Below are positions 31,296 through 42,207 of a DNA stretch of 64,000 nucleotides, piece by piece (positions within the stretch are counted from its first letter, which is position 1; every line of letters starts with the position of its first letter). This DNA is from an uncultured Methanosarcinaceae archaeon (GTDB taxonomy: Archaea; Halobacteriota; Methanosarcinia; Methanosarcinales; Methanosarcinaceae). Made by a program: the position numbers and the translations under genes. Location of the stretch: assembly GCA_963847185.1 (NCBI GenBank), contig CAWJYV010000007.1, positions 288,001 to 352,000 on the forward strand, written 5' to 3'. The notes below the pieces were generated by a model. The model did no database searches. It had not been told where the DNA came from and was given only the letters and a program-made list of their open reading frames with translations.

Positions 31296-31484
31296 TTACT
31301 GGTAAGGTGAAAGTACATCAACAAGTTCGACGTGGCTCAAGAACATTCTACGGCAGCAATAACGGATGATCCCAAGATCATCCAGCACAGCAGCAGAGTC
31401 TTCACCATCGTTGACGCGTCTTTTGTACTCATCCCAATAGTTTGAGACTACTTTTCCACATGAGAAACATCGGACTGGGATCAT
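31296..31484 (-). CDS. rpoN: RNA polymerase subunit Rpo10/N
   Basis: [11 protein letters not shown]...RYCCRRM; true start ATG 31484, inside the longer ORF call. Confidence 0.97.
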   Translation of the reverse strand: MIPVRCFSCGKVVSNYWDEYKRRVNDGEDSAAVLDDLGIIRYCCRRMFLSHVELVDVLSPYQ

Positions 31485-31488
31485 AGTT

Positions 31489-31899
<411 letters not shown>

Positions 31900-31906
31900 T
31901 CACCCT

Positions 31907-32338
31907 TTAGAACTTAGAACCCATTTTCTGGCTCACTTCACCAAGCTCTATATATTTGTTGGAACTCAGAAGCCTCATATCAGCATCTGGGATGGTGATC
32001 GTTTCGGAGCCCTTTAGCTCGTAGGGAATACCTACGTACACTTTGAGCCTGGACATTGCGTCTCTGCCTCTTGCTCTCTTATAGGGCAGCATGCCACGGA
32101 TCGTCCTCTTCAGGATACGGTCCGGACGCTTCGGGAAATAAGGCCCAAATTCCGTTGCACCCCTCTCCCTGGTCTCCCGGTATTCTTTGAGAGTACTTGC
32201 TTTTGAACCAGAAATTACGGCTTTTTCGGCATTTACAATAAAAATCTTCTCGTCTCCTGAAAGCAACTGTTTTGCAACCGTACTTGCAAGACGTCCCAGA
32301 ATAAGCCCATTTGCATCGATAATTGCCATCTTCGACAC
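31907..32338 (-). CDS. rpl13: 50S ribosomal protein uL13
   Basis: [37 protein letters not shown]. Confidence 0.97.
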   Translation of the reverse strand: MSKMAIIDANGLILGRLASTVAKQLLSGDEKIFIVNAEKAVISGSKASTLKEYRETRERGATEFGPYFPKRPDRILKRTIRGMLPYKRARGRDAMSRLKVYVGIPYELKGSETITIPDADMRLLSSNKYIELGEVSQKMGSKF

Positions 32339-32339
32339 C

Positions 32340-32774
<435 letters not shown>

Positions 32775-33204
32775 CTATCGCGTTCGAACATCGCTATAAT
32801 TGCTCTTCTGAAAATCATAAACTTAGAAGTAGCCAATTAAAGATCAAGCGATTAGTCGGAATTGGTATGATGTGAATAACATTTCTAGTACATAAAGATT
32901 ATGTGCATCAATAATTCCTGCTTACCAAGTTCCAAACGGAAAAAGTTGTTCTCCTTTCATATCTGCTTTCTCATATTTCTCACAAAGCTTCTAAACTTAA
33001 GTTAAATTGCACGCTCCAGCAAACGCCAACATAACAATTGGATATACCTACCAAAAAATTCTGGAATAGCCATTTTAAAATCTATACAGAAAAACAGAAA
33101 ATTGTATCCATGCTTCTTATCTCATGTTTTTATGTAGTTCTTTATCTCAATTTTGGAAGTTAATCCGCTTGAGTGACCAGCTCGAGAGAACAAAATCTGA
33201 TCCA

Positions 33205-33321
33205 TAACTAGTCCTCTTGAGCGAGCAAAACGAGTGAAACGGACCGCGTACTGTTGCGATTACATCGCAACTCCCAGAAAATCTTCGATTTTCTGCGATC
33301 TCGAGGCGCAATTCGGGAAGT
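33205..33321. repeat. Multi-hairpin palindromic intergenic element (REP/MITE-like)
   Basis: Perfect stems gttgcgat-tac-atcgcaac (33253-33271) and cagaaaatc-ttc-gattttctg (33275-33295), plus gtcc/ggac (33211-33244). Confidence 0.55.
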
Positions 33322-33731
33322 AAAGTCCTATTTTTTATAATATTAAATGAATATATTAGTGGGGAAATTATCAATGCAGAGGGAGTGGACAATATCGTAT
33401 CGAGTTTATACCCGGTATGTAAACAGGTGCCAAACATATACTAGATTCCCTTGTGAATACCAATGGGAGTAAATGGTTGACCAAACTACAAAGCGGAAGA
33501 AGTCGTACGAATGGACCAGATTTGCATTCTTCGTGAAGTGTAGCGGTTACTGCTAGAAACCTGAGGATATCGGCGTATCTATTCAAGCGTTTCTGAGTAG
33601 CCTGTATCAAAAATTAGGATTTCTATATGTCGTAATCATATTTTCCCGAACGAATGAATCCCGGGCTTTGTCCCAAATGGGGAAACAAGCCAACTGATAA
33701 ATCAAGCGAAAATAAACCTGGTGGTACTATC

Positions 33732-35363
33732 ATGCCTGAAACAGTTATTCAATATCTTTTGAATAGGTTAAAACAGCTGGGAATAAAGGATATTTTTGGT
33801 GTTCCAGGAGATTATGCATTTCCTATTAACGATGCTATCTGTAATGATAAGGAGTTACACTGGATTGGCTGCTGCAATGAGTTGAATGCTGCTTATGCAG
33901 CTGATGGTTACGCTCGAATCAATGGCATGTCAGCGCTGTCTACTACTTTTGGGGTGGGTGAACTCTCTGCGTTATGCGGCATAGCAGGCTCTTACGCTGA
34001 GCATAATCTTGTATTTCACATTGTCGGAATGCCGGCTATTCCGGTTCAGGAGAGACATGACATAGTACATCATACGCTTGGCAACGGAGAGTTTGACTTT
34101 TTCATGAATATGGCTACACCAGTGGTATGTGCGAAAACAATGCTTACTCCGGAAAATTGTGTTCGTGAAGTTGAACGTGTTATCATGGCAGCTCTGGAAC
34201 ATCGTCGTCCAGTCTATATTGCCATACCTAAAAATTATGTATATGAGAACATCTCATTTTGCCAGATGCCGGCAAATGTGCCTATGAAAAGCGATAATGA
34301 GGCATTGGAAGAAGTTGTTTCGATTATTATACACAAGATAGCTAATGCAAAGAAAGCATGTGTTATGCCAGGCATCTTTGTTGATCGTTTTGGGGTCGAG
34401 GATCTTGCCACGGCCGTTATTAGTGCTTCGGGATTACCTTATGTAACCATGGCGATGGATAAGTCGGTGCTTGATGAGCATAATCCCTCCTATCTTGGAT
34501 TATACATAGGTCAGCTTGCGAATTCCGAAATTAGGGAGTTTGTAGAATCCTGCGACTGCATACTTGCCATAGGCACTATCCTGTCTGATACTAATATGGG
34601 TATGTTCACAGCTAAACTTAATAAATCCCGAGTTATCAATATCATGCCTTCCAATGTCCATATTGGGCACGCTAACTACACAAATCTAAAAATGGCCGAC
34701 GTACTGGCGGAACTTGTCAAAAGACTTCATAAACGAAGTGATATTATTGGGCCTGTGATTGAATCTCCCACAATGCCAAAAGTAGACGCTAACAGCCCGA
34801 TAACTGCTGATTATTTATACGCAATCTACAAGAAATTTTTTAAGCTAGAGGATATCATTATGGTGGATTCAGGGACTTCTTTCTACGGCTTACTGCCAGT
34901 ATTTTTACCGAGAGGGGCCAGGCTCCATAGCCAGACACTCTGGGGTGCAATAGGCTGGGCTACTCCTGCATCATTTGGAGCCGCATTGGCTGCACCTGAC
35001 AGGCGGGTGGTTCTCATAACGGGCGAAGGAGCCCACCAGATGACTGTCCAGGAAACTAGCCAGTTTTGCCGCTATGGTCTGAAGCCTATTATTTTTGTGC
35101 TGAGTAATCAGGGCTATCTGATAGAAAGAATGCTATCTAAAAAATTAGATTACTGTTACAACGATCTGGCAAAATGGCAGTATCACAAGCTGCCAGAAGC
35201 ATTTGGTTGCAATGACTGGATAGTAAGGAAGGCCACTACTTGCGGTGACCTGGACAGGGTCATGGAAGAGTTGGATAATGCAAAAACAGGTGCATATGTA
35301 GAAATAGTCTCTCCAGAGTTTTCTGCGCCTCCACTTATGGAGGCAATCCACAAAAATTTATAA
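33732..35363 (+). CDS. ThDP-dependent alpha-keto acid decarboxylase (IpdC/Pdc/KdcA family)
   Basis: IFGVPGDY, CCNELNAAYAADGYAR, TTFGVGELSA, VHHTLGNG, WGAIGWA, ThDP motif GEGAHQMTVQE..N.GY.IER; ATG 33732 after GGTGG. Confidence 0.93.
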   Translation: MPETVIQYLLNRLKQLGIKDIFGVPGDYAFPINDAICNDKELHWIGCCNELNAAYAADGYARINGMSALSTTFGVGELSALCGIAGSYAEHNLVFHIVGMPAIPVQERHDIVHHTLGNGEFDFFMNMATPVVCAKTMLTPENCVREVERVIMAALEHRRPVYIAIPKNYVYENISFCQMPANVPMKSDNEALEEVVSIIIHKIANAKKACVMPGIFVDRFGVEDLATAVISASGLPYVTMAMDKSVLDEHNPSYLGLYIGQLANSEIREFVESCDCILAIGTILSDTNMGMFTAKLNKSRVINIMPSNVHIGHANYTNLKMADVLAELVKRLHKRSDIIGPVIESPTMPKVDANSPITADYLYAIYKKFFKLEDIIMVDSGTSFYGLLPVFLPRGARLHSQTLWGAIGWATPASFGAALAAPDRRVVLITGEGAHQMTVQETSQFCRYGLKPIIFVLSNQGYLIERMLSKKLDYCYNDLAKWQYHKLPEAFGCNDWIVRKATTCGDLDRVMEELDNAKTGAYVEIVSPEFSAPPLMEAIHKNL

Positions 35364-35557
35364 CCTCTATAAACGAGCAGAACTGCCCTGCAGACATATT
35401 CCATCCAAAGTGCTTGAGCACTCTTATCCAAACTTTTAGGGGAAAGAATGTAAAATACTTGAGCTGAATAATGGGAAGCTGTTGACTCGGTTTCTCTGTA
35501 ATTCGACTTTAAATTTATTTACGACTTTTTGTCCAGTTTGAACACCGTAATAGTCTA

Positions 35558-36064
35558 TTATGATGAGATGCCAAGCACTGACTTCGAAACCTTATCGAAA
35601 ACTGCCTCGACATCGCATCCAAACTTCTTTGCTACAATAAGTGCAACAATTCGAATATCCACAAGGTAAAAAAGTCTTTCCTGCATGGAATTTATCTCGG
35701 ATACAAGCCTTTGTCTGTTTGTTCCGGTATCTGCGGAAATAAACTCCAGGATTTGCTCAAAGGAAATATCTTCCCGGATAGAGGGGGGTTTTTTTCCGGA
35801 GTTTTCCTGCCCTTCTAGAAAATTTCCAGGCGGCTTATAAGCATGGGGAATCCGGATGCTTTCTATATCAAAACCTGGCACGAGAACACTATCCTTAAGA
35901 GAGAGGATACCTGCTTCAAGAGCCCTGTCCTTTACCTTTGAGGCAGTTTTCGGGGAAAACCATTTAAGGTCAAATGCCAGGGAAAACTCAAAATCTTTTA
36001 CTGAAAGGGAAGATACAAGATTTTTCTTAAAAGGAACCGAGACTACACGTTTAAGTTCTTCCAT
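35558..36064 (-). CDS. Conserved archaeal protein, DUF2240-like
   Basis: PFKK..L...DFEFSLAFDLKWFSP..A motif. Confidence 0.75.
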   Translation of the reverse strand: MEELKRVVSVPFKKNLVSSLSVKDFEFSLAFDLKWFSPKTASKVKDRALEAGILSLKDSVLVPGFDIESIRIPHAYKPPGNFLEGQENSGKKPPSIREDISFEQILEFISADTGTNRQRLVSEINSMQERLFYLVDIRIVALIVAKKFGCDVEAVFDKVSKSVLGISS

Positions 36065-36190
36065 TAATTACACCCTTAAAACTGACATCGGAAGCAGAGT
36101 ATAATACAACAGGCTTACAGCATTAATATCACATATTTCAGGATAACAGGCTTTTTTATAGCGTATTTCCTGAAAAAAGAGAAAAATAGA

Positions 36191-36214
36191 TTCGGCACAA
36201 GTTTTTATGCCGAA
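36191..36214 (-). terminator. Hairpin after serA
   Basis: ttcggca...tgccgaa inverted repeat followed on the - strand by U-tracts. Confidence 0.5.
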
Positions 36215-36237
36215 TTGATGCTGAAGCCTTGTAAAAC

Positions 36238-37809
36238 TCAGAGGGTTACAAGTTTAGCATCGAGTATTCCCTCAACCTTCTGGACTTCATCAAGGATCTG
36301 GTCAGAGACTTCAGAGTCTATGTTAAGAACCATCATGGTAACGCCTCCGATTTCAGCTCTTCCGACCTGCATGCCTGAGATATTGATATTGTTTTTACCG
36401 AGAACCAGGCAGCACGGCCCGATAACGTTCGGCCTGTTAATGTGTCTTGCAAAGATCATGCGTCCAGCAGGGAATATATCCAGTTTGTCCTCATCAACTG
36501 AAACAATCTTTGGCTCATCTCCTACAACAGTTCCTGCAATCAGCTTTGTCAGCCCTCCGCCTGTAAGCCTGATGCTAATAGTTGAAGAATATTCCTCAGA
36601 AGATTCGGACTTGCTTTCTACAACTGCAATCTTTCTGGACTTTGCAAGGATAGGAGCATTGACATAGTTAACTCCGGAACCAAGGGCCATTTCAAGCAAT
36701 CCCTTGAGAGCAGAAACCGTAAGGGGTCTGGTGTCCTTTCCAGAAATCTCCCCATTGTATGCAATCTCTACTTTTTCGTAATTGCCGTCTACAAGTTGTC
36801 CTGCAATCTTGCCCATGATTTCAGAGAGCCTGATGTAAGGAGCAAGGACTGCCATAGCTTCCGGTTTTACTGAAGGGATATTGATTGCGTTCTTTGCAGG
36901 TCCGCCATTAAGGACGGATACCACTTCCTTGGCAATGTCGATTGCCACGTTGATCTGGGCTTCCTGCGTGGAGGCTCCGAGATGAGGAGTTACTATAACA
37001 TTGTCATAGTTAAGGAGAGGACTGTTGAAAGGAGGCTCCTCGACGAAAACATCTAATGCTGCTCCGCCTACTTTTCCGCTTGCAAGAGCTTTTGCCAGGG
37101 CTTCCTCACTGATAATTCCGCCGCGAGCGCAGTTAAGTATTTTGACACCGGGTTTCATCAGGGCAAACTGCTCGTCATCAAGAATATTTCTGGTTTCTTT
37201 AATGAGAGGGGTGTGCACTGTGATATAGTCAGCATTTTTTGCTATCTCGTTCACGGTGGCAAGCTTAACTCCAAGTTCAGTAGCCCTCTTCTCTGAAATG
37301 AATGGGTCGTATCCCATGATATTCATTTCAAGCCCTGAAGCTCTTTTTGCAACCTCGGAACCAATTCTTCCGAGACCTATAACTCCCAGGGTTTTGCCTT
37401 TGACTTCAACGCCCATGAATTTATTACGCTTCCATTCCCTTGCTTTCAGAGAGGCGTTTGCCTGCGGAATGTTCCTGGACATTGACATCATCATGGCAAT
37501 CGTGTGTTCTGCTGCCGAAATCATGTTTCCTTCAGGAGCGTTGGTCACAATGATACCTTTCTTTGTAGCTGCATCCACATCAACATTGTCAACTCCGACA
37601 CCTGCTCTTCCGATAACTTTCAAGTTGTCGGCAGCCTCGATAATTTTTTGAGTGACCTGGGTACCACTGCGTATTACAAGTGCATTGTAATCCTTAATTA
37701 TTTTCACCAGCTCGTCCTCGGAAAGCCCTGTGGACACGTCAACAGTAAAGTGCTCTTTAAGAATCTCCAAACCTTCGTCGGAGAGTGAGTCGCTAACTAA
37801 TACTTTCAT
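36238..37809 (-). CDS. serA: D-3-phosphoglycerate dehydrogenase (type I, ASB+ACT)
   Basis: GRAGVGVDNVD, GLGRIG, NCARGG, TPHLGAST, C-terminal ACT (NRPNVIG..NINIS.MQVGR). Confidence 0.97.
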   Translation of the reverse strand: MKVLVSDSLSDEGLEILKEHFTVDVSTGLSEDELVKIIKDYNALVIRSGTQVTQKIIEAADNLKVIGRAGVGVDNVDVDAATKKGIIVTNAPEGNMISAAEHTIAMMMSMSRNIPQANASLKAREWKRNKFMGVEVKGKTLGVIGLGRIGSEVAKRASGLEMNIMGYDPFISEKRATELGVKLATVNEIAKNADYITVHTPLIKETRNILDDEQFALMKPGVKILNCARGGIISEEALAKALASGKVGGAALDVFVEEPPFNSPLLNYDNVIVTPHLGASTQEAQINVAIDIAKEVVSVLNGGPAKNAINIPSVKPEAMAVLAPYIRLSEIMGKIAGQLVDGNYEKVEIAYNGEISGKDTRPLTVSALKGLLEMALGSGVNYVNAPILAKSRKIAVVESKSESSEEYSSTISIRLTGGGLTKLIAGTVVGDEPKIVSVDEDKLDIFPAGRMIFARHINRPNVIGPCCLVLGKNNINISGMQVGRAEIGGVTMMVLNIDSEVSDQILDEVQKVEGILDAKLVTL

Positions 37810-37963
37810 TTCAATTTCTCCAGATAAATAAATACGATAAACATGAGATATTAAATTTTAACAGAGATACCAATCAACTTAATTACACTTAAGCATTATC
37901 ACACATCTTTTAAGGAAATTATATACATTCCAACATTTTTTGAGATTTATCTCAGCTCTCCGT

Positions 37964-38848
37964 TTAACCGACCAGTCTGATTATCCCGATTTTAGGCTCG
38001 TAACATTGCCCGCCTGCAAGGAGAGAACTCATAACTTCTTCTACAATTTCCTCAGGAATACCTCTGGAAATTGCTGCTTCTACAAAAGCTGCGTAGTCAA
38101 CTCCCTTATTTCCACCCATTTCCCTGAGCAGCTCGAGTACAAATTCTTTCTGGTCAGCTTTAGCCTCTGTATCATCTGCGGGCTCAAAATTCAGAGCTCT
38201 GAGCCCTTCTTTTATGGAGTCTCGAAGCAGTTTTGCAAATTCGTGAGGAGCTTTTTCCATTTCAAGGGCAATAGATATACCTTCTGCAAGCTCGGGAGAA
38301 ACACCTTTTTCCAGCAGGAATTCTTTGAGTTTTTCTCCTCGGTGCCCACTATCCAGAGCATCCGAAAAGACTTCAAGTCTCTCAACTGTTTGCTCTGCAG
38401 TATCTATAACCCACCTGCTGCGAATTTCCTCGTCGACTACATTTGCTTCTTCAGCCCGGATAGAGACAAAAACCGATCCTGGTTCAGGTTCATAGATCCT
38501 GGCTTTACCTGTAAGTGCTATGAAAGCAGGAACCTGAACCGTTGAAAAGAATATTGATGCTTCAGACTGGTACTGTCCTGCATATACAGTGAAAGCTCCT
38601 GTAGGGTCAACTATCCTGGCTTTCCACATGTCGTTTTGTGTCCCAATGCTGTCAAGCTCAGTAATTACTCCAACCAAAAAAATGCGGTTAAGAATAAGCC
38701 CAAGAGGGCTGATTAGCAGATTGGGGGATTTAGGGTCTAATGTAGCTGAATCAGATCTGAACGATTTTTTAAGTTCCCTGCAGGCTTCAAATTCTTTTGC
38801 AAAAACTCTTTTTGCAACTTCTCGTTTAAGCAAGCCCGATTCCTCCAT
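37964..38848 (-). CDS. RPA-associated OB-fold protein (RPA small-subunit-like) with C-terminal wHTH
   Basis: REVAKRVFA.E, PNLLISPLG..LNR.F.VG, ARIVDPTG.F.VYAGQYQ; overlaps the upstream RPA gene. Confidence 0.82.
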   Translation of the reverse strand: MEESGLLKREVAKRVFAKEFEACRELKKSFRSDSATLDPKSPNLLISPLGLILNRIFLVGVITELDSIGTQNDMWKARIVDPTGAFTVYAGQYQSEASIFFSTVQVPAFIALTGKARIYEPEPGSVFVSIRAEEANVVDEEIRSRWVIDTAEQTVERLEVFSDALDSGHRGEKLKEFLLEKGVSPELAEGISIALEMEKAPHEFAKLLRDSIKEGLRALNFEPADDTEAKADQKEFVLELLREMGGNKGVDYAAFVEAAISRGIPEEIVEEVMSSLLAGGQCYEPKIGIIRLVG

Positions 38849-40220
38849 TGGAGACCTCGGTATTCATATTATGTTCATTTTCTTTATCCGGCCCAAGCCT
38901 GTGCAAAAGTTCTATTGCCCTGACAGCCAGGTCATCTTCAGGCACCCAGGCATGTTCGGCTACAAATGAGATTCCGTATTCGTTTTTTGAGGAGTTCCCC
39001 CTTACTGCAAGGTAGCGGCCTGTAAGGAAACGTTTGAGATCTTCGTAAACTGCATCTTTTGAGATGTCAGAAAACATCAGTTGTTCAGCTTCTTCAAGGG
39101 TTTTTCCATAGATGATTTCCGAAACTTCCCTTGGAAACATGACTGACATGGCTTCTGTCCCATCATCCAGTACAGCCTTAATTCTCATGTCCCTTATGCC
39201 TTCTACCTTGCCGTGTACCCGGCAGCTTGCTTTTTGAATTACACGCCCGCATTCCGGACAGCGGGAGATAATTCCCGAACCTGGCCGGACTGAAACTATA
39301 TTTCCTGCTGCAGCCACATCGAACATGCTTTCTCTTGAATCTATCTCTTCAATTTTCAGAGGAACAGGGTCTTTTCTTACTGATTCGAAGGTGAATAAAA
39401 GCGTTTCATCCTCTTTCTGCCCGATGGAAGAAACCTTTGTGCTGCTCACAATATTGACAGACGGCGCTCCCCTGAACATCCGGACCTGAGCTTCCTCAAT
39501 TCGGATTATGCTTCCGATATCTATTCCAGAAAGTTCGTTCCAGGCTGTAAATGGCAGCCTGCCGGTCTCATCCGCAAGTACGCCAAAAATCACTCTGGAT
39601 TGACGCCCCCGTGCCAGAATTTCTTTGTGGGAAAGCTGGATCACACAGGCTACAGTCCCTACAGAAAAATCCATAGCTCCGATATCAATCAGCTTTTTTG
39701 TCTTGCTTCCCGAAAGTTCGGATAGGGGGGGAAGAGAGGAGTCCGAAATTTTTGATACAAGGGACTGTTCTCCGATAGAGAGCCTCATTCTGTTCTGCCA
39801 GATGCGGGTATATGCATTCTGGATGGTAATTACGTCTCCTGTTGAGCCCGGAAGCTCTTTCCAGGAAGAAAACATGACCGAACCTGTTTCATCTGCAAGA
39901 ATTCCTGTATATAGCTTGGAAGGAGCTTCCCGGGTTTCTTCTTGAATCCCTTCCTTATCCTCTTCTTTAGGTCGAATTGGCTTTGATCCTATATCCAGGA
40001 TCCTGCATGTGATCTCAAAATTTTTCAGATTGGCTGACAGGTCCTTTACCTTCAGGACCTTTTGTTTCCCTTTAAACTTGCGGAGAATACTCTCTTTTGC
40101 AAGCTCAGGAGATACGCGGAAAGCGAGAAGTTTCTCAAACTCTGCCCTGATGCCAGTCTTTTCAATGTCCCCAAGCGCCCTGGTTAGCTCTTCAAGATGG
40201 GGCGCAATTTTCTCGTCCAT
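38826..40220 (-). CDS. rpa: Replication protein A (multi-OB-fold, Zn finger)
   Basis: Two G.LADETG OB motifs, RCPECGR..CRVH Zn finger, KAVLDDGT. Confidence 0.9.
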   Translation of the reverse strand: MDEKIAPHLEELTRALGDIEKTGIRAEFEKLLAFRVSPELAKESILRKFKGKQKVLKVKDLSANLKNFEITCRILDIGSKPIRPKEEDKEGIQEETREAPSKLYTGILADETGSVMFSSWKELPGSTGDVITIQNAYTRIWQNRMRLSIGEQSLVSKISDSSLPPLSELSGSKTKKLIDIGAMDFSVGTVACVIQLSHKEILARGRQSRVIFGVLADETGRLPFTAWNELSGIDIGSIIRIEEAQVRMFRGAPSVNIVSSTKVSSIGQKEDETLLFTFESVRKDPVPLKIEEIDSRESMFDVAAAGNIVSVRPGSGIISRCPECGRVIQKASCRVHGKVEGIRDMRIKAVLDDGTEAMSVMFPREVSEIIYGKTLEEAEQLMFSDISKDAVYEDLKRFLTGRYLAVRGNSSKNEYGISFVAEHAWVPEDDLAVRAIELLHRLGPDKENEHNMNTEVSNGGIGLA

Positions 40221-40316
40221 TTTTAAGCCTCCGTTCGAGACAATTAGAAAATAATTTAGGTTATACGGTTATTAAAATATTTGTCAATAAGGTTTGAAAT
40301 GAGTTACGTTTTGCAC

Positions 40317-40360
40317 CGGATTGAACCCGTAGCGGATTGAAACTGCAACGGATTGGAACT
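40317..40360. promoter_or_regulatory. Three cggattg direct repeats at 16-bp period upstream of rpa
   Basis: cggattg at 40317, 40333 and 40349. Confidence 0.4.
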
Positions 40361-40852
40361 TCTAAAACCTGGATTATTAGGTTTTACAACTTTTGTTGGT
40401 TTTTATATCCTTTTAGACGTCATAGCTTTTTGCATTATTTAGAGAATCAACCGATAGTGAATACTCTTAAAACAAGGTGCCTGTTGCCAGCTAATATTTG
40501 TGAATTATATAGAAGGAATATAGCAGGAATACATTATAAATTAACTCTTCCGTTACCAGTCCTGCAAAGATATCAAACTATTATTTAAGGGTAATGATTT
40601 GAACTTCTAATCCTAAAAAGTATACAGTTTCAGCTTTGTAAAGATATCAAATGTATCTTCAGGATAATTGTTCAGAATTTTTAATTCTGATAATTATATT
40701 AATTCCGGAACAAAGTTCGTATTTATAACATATGGAAAAACTCTGTTGTATCAAAATTACGTTATCTAAAAAAAGAAAAAATTAAATTTCTCTGAAATAT
40801 AGAGCTAGATGAATAAGCAAGAAGGGAAGAAAAGGCAAAGAGGAAATAGAAG

Positions 40853-41938
40853 ATGGGAAGAGTAAAATATTATGACTTTAACCTTTTTAAGGTAATACTA
40901 CTTGCAGTCATTCTGGCAGGTATTTTTACCTGCTATGCTGTCTCTGCTGAAAGCTTAAGAGTAGGTTCTTCCGATGAAAATTTTACCTCGATACAGGCCG
41001 CAGTAGATGCCGCAGAACCCGAAGATACTATTTTTGTAAGCCCTGGAACTTATGTTGAAAATCTAAAAATTGATAAGCATGTGAGAGTCTGGTCCGTTTC
41101 CAGAAATCCCGAAGACACAATTATTAGTTCAGCAGACCCTTATAAAAATACCGTGGAGATAAGTGCTAATAGTGTCTCATTCAGTGGTTTTGGGATCGAA
41201 AATTCGAAAAAAACAGGAATTTTACTTGCAGGGGTTAAAAACTGTTTTATTAATAATAATAAAGCCCGGGGAGAAGAATACGGCATTTTCCTTAAAAATT
41301 CCGAAGGCAACACGATAAGTGACAATATCCTTGTCCTGAACGAAAAAGGGATCAGGTTCGAAGGTTCAAACTCCAATAATATTCAAGATAATACCATTGC
41401 CTATAACTACGGTCCCGGAATTTCTCTTGAAGAAAGCAGGAAGAACATTATCTATAACAACTATTTCAAAAACGCCGAAAATATTGAAGAAAAAGATGTA
41501 AACGCGGAAAACATCTGGCAGAGTCCTCTGGTAACCAAACAGAACATTGTAAAGGGTCCTTATATTGCCGGAAATTTCTGGGCAGATCTTGAAGGAAAAG
41601 GTTACAGTGAGACCTGCACGGACGAAAACAGCAACGGAATTTGCGACACCTCTTATAATGTAAGAGGCGGAGGCACAGATAAATTCCCTCTTTTCCCTAA
41701 AGTTCCAAATGCTGTTAAAACCATTGAAAACAAGCTTAATGACAGTGCAAGTGTCTATGAAAAGGAAATAATAAACAGGGAAACTGCAACTGAAACAGGC
41801 AAAGAAACTAATGGAACAAATGAGTCTTCAGGTAAGAACGCTACAGGAGAAAGTCCTTCTGAAGAAGCTTCCTGGCCGGGTTTGGAAATTGTGACAATAG
41901 CTCTGGGATTAGCATGTTTCCTGAGGCAGAACAGGTAA
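40853..41938 (+). CDS. Cell-surface NosD/CASH right-handed beta-helix protein with PGF-CTERM-like tail
   Basis: Signal peptide; SIQAAVDAA..DTIFVSPGTY.EN; GI.L..S..N.I.NN repeats; GNFW..G..D.N.NGICD..Y...D.FPL; C-terminal WPGL+TM+RQNR. Confidence 0.85.
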   Translation: MGRVKYYDFNLFKVILLAVILAGIFTCYAVSAESLRVGSSDENFTSIQAAVDAAEPEDTIFVSPGTYVENLKIDKHVRVWSVSRNPEDTIISSADPYKNTVEISANSVSFSGFGIENSKKTGILLAGVKNCFINNNKARGEEYGIFLKNSEGNTISDNILVLNEKGIRFEGSNSNNIQDNTIAYNYGPGISLEESRKNIIYNNYFKNAENIEEKDVNAENIWQSPLVTKQNIVKGPYIAGNFWADLEGKGYSETCTDENSNGICDTSYNVRGGGTDKFPLFPKVPNAVKTIENKLNDSASVYEKEIINRETATETGKETNGTNESSGKNATGESPSEEASWPGLEIVTIALGLACFLRQNR

Positions 41939-42207
41939 AGGCAAGAAAAAAATAAAGGCAAGAAAAAAATCAAAGTTGTTAGTTTATCTTACAGGGAATT
42001 GATGGTGTTTAATTTAGTTAATTAATTTAGTTAATTTAGAGAAGTAAAAACCGTAAAATATAAAGGGATTTGGAATTATTTATTGAAAATATCAAAACGA
42101 AAGAAGTTAAAATCTGACAGAACTGGATAAAAGGACAGCTTTGTCAGATTCTATAAATAATTCTCCCATCACTCTCTATCACTTTTTTTCTCTGTTTTTC
42201 ATTCAAT

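Noticed and set aside
33330-33730. TPP riboswitch upstream of the ThDP-dependent decarboxylase
   Set aside because: Core GCTGAGA and CCTGAT..TAAT..GCGTAGGGA motifs were not found
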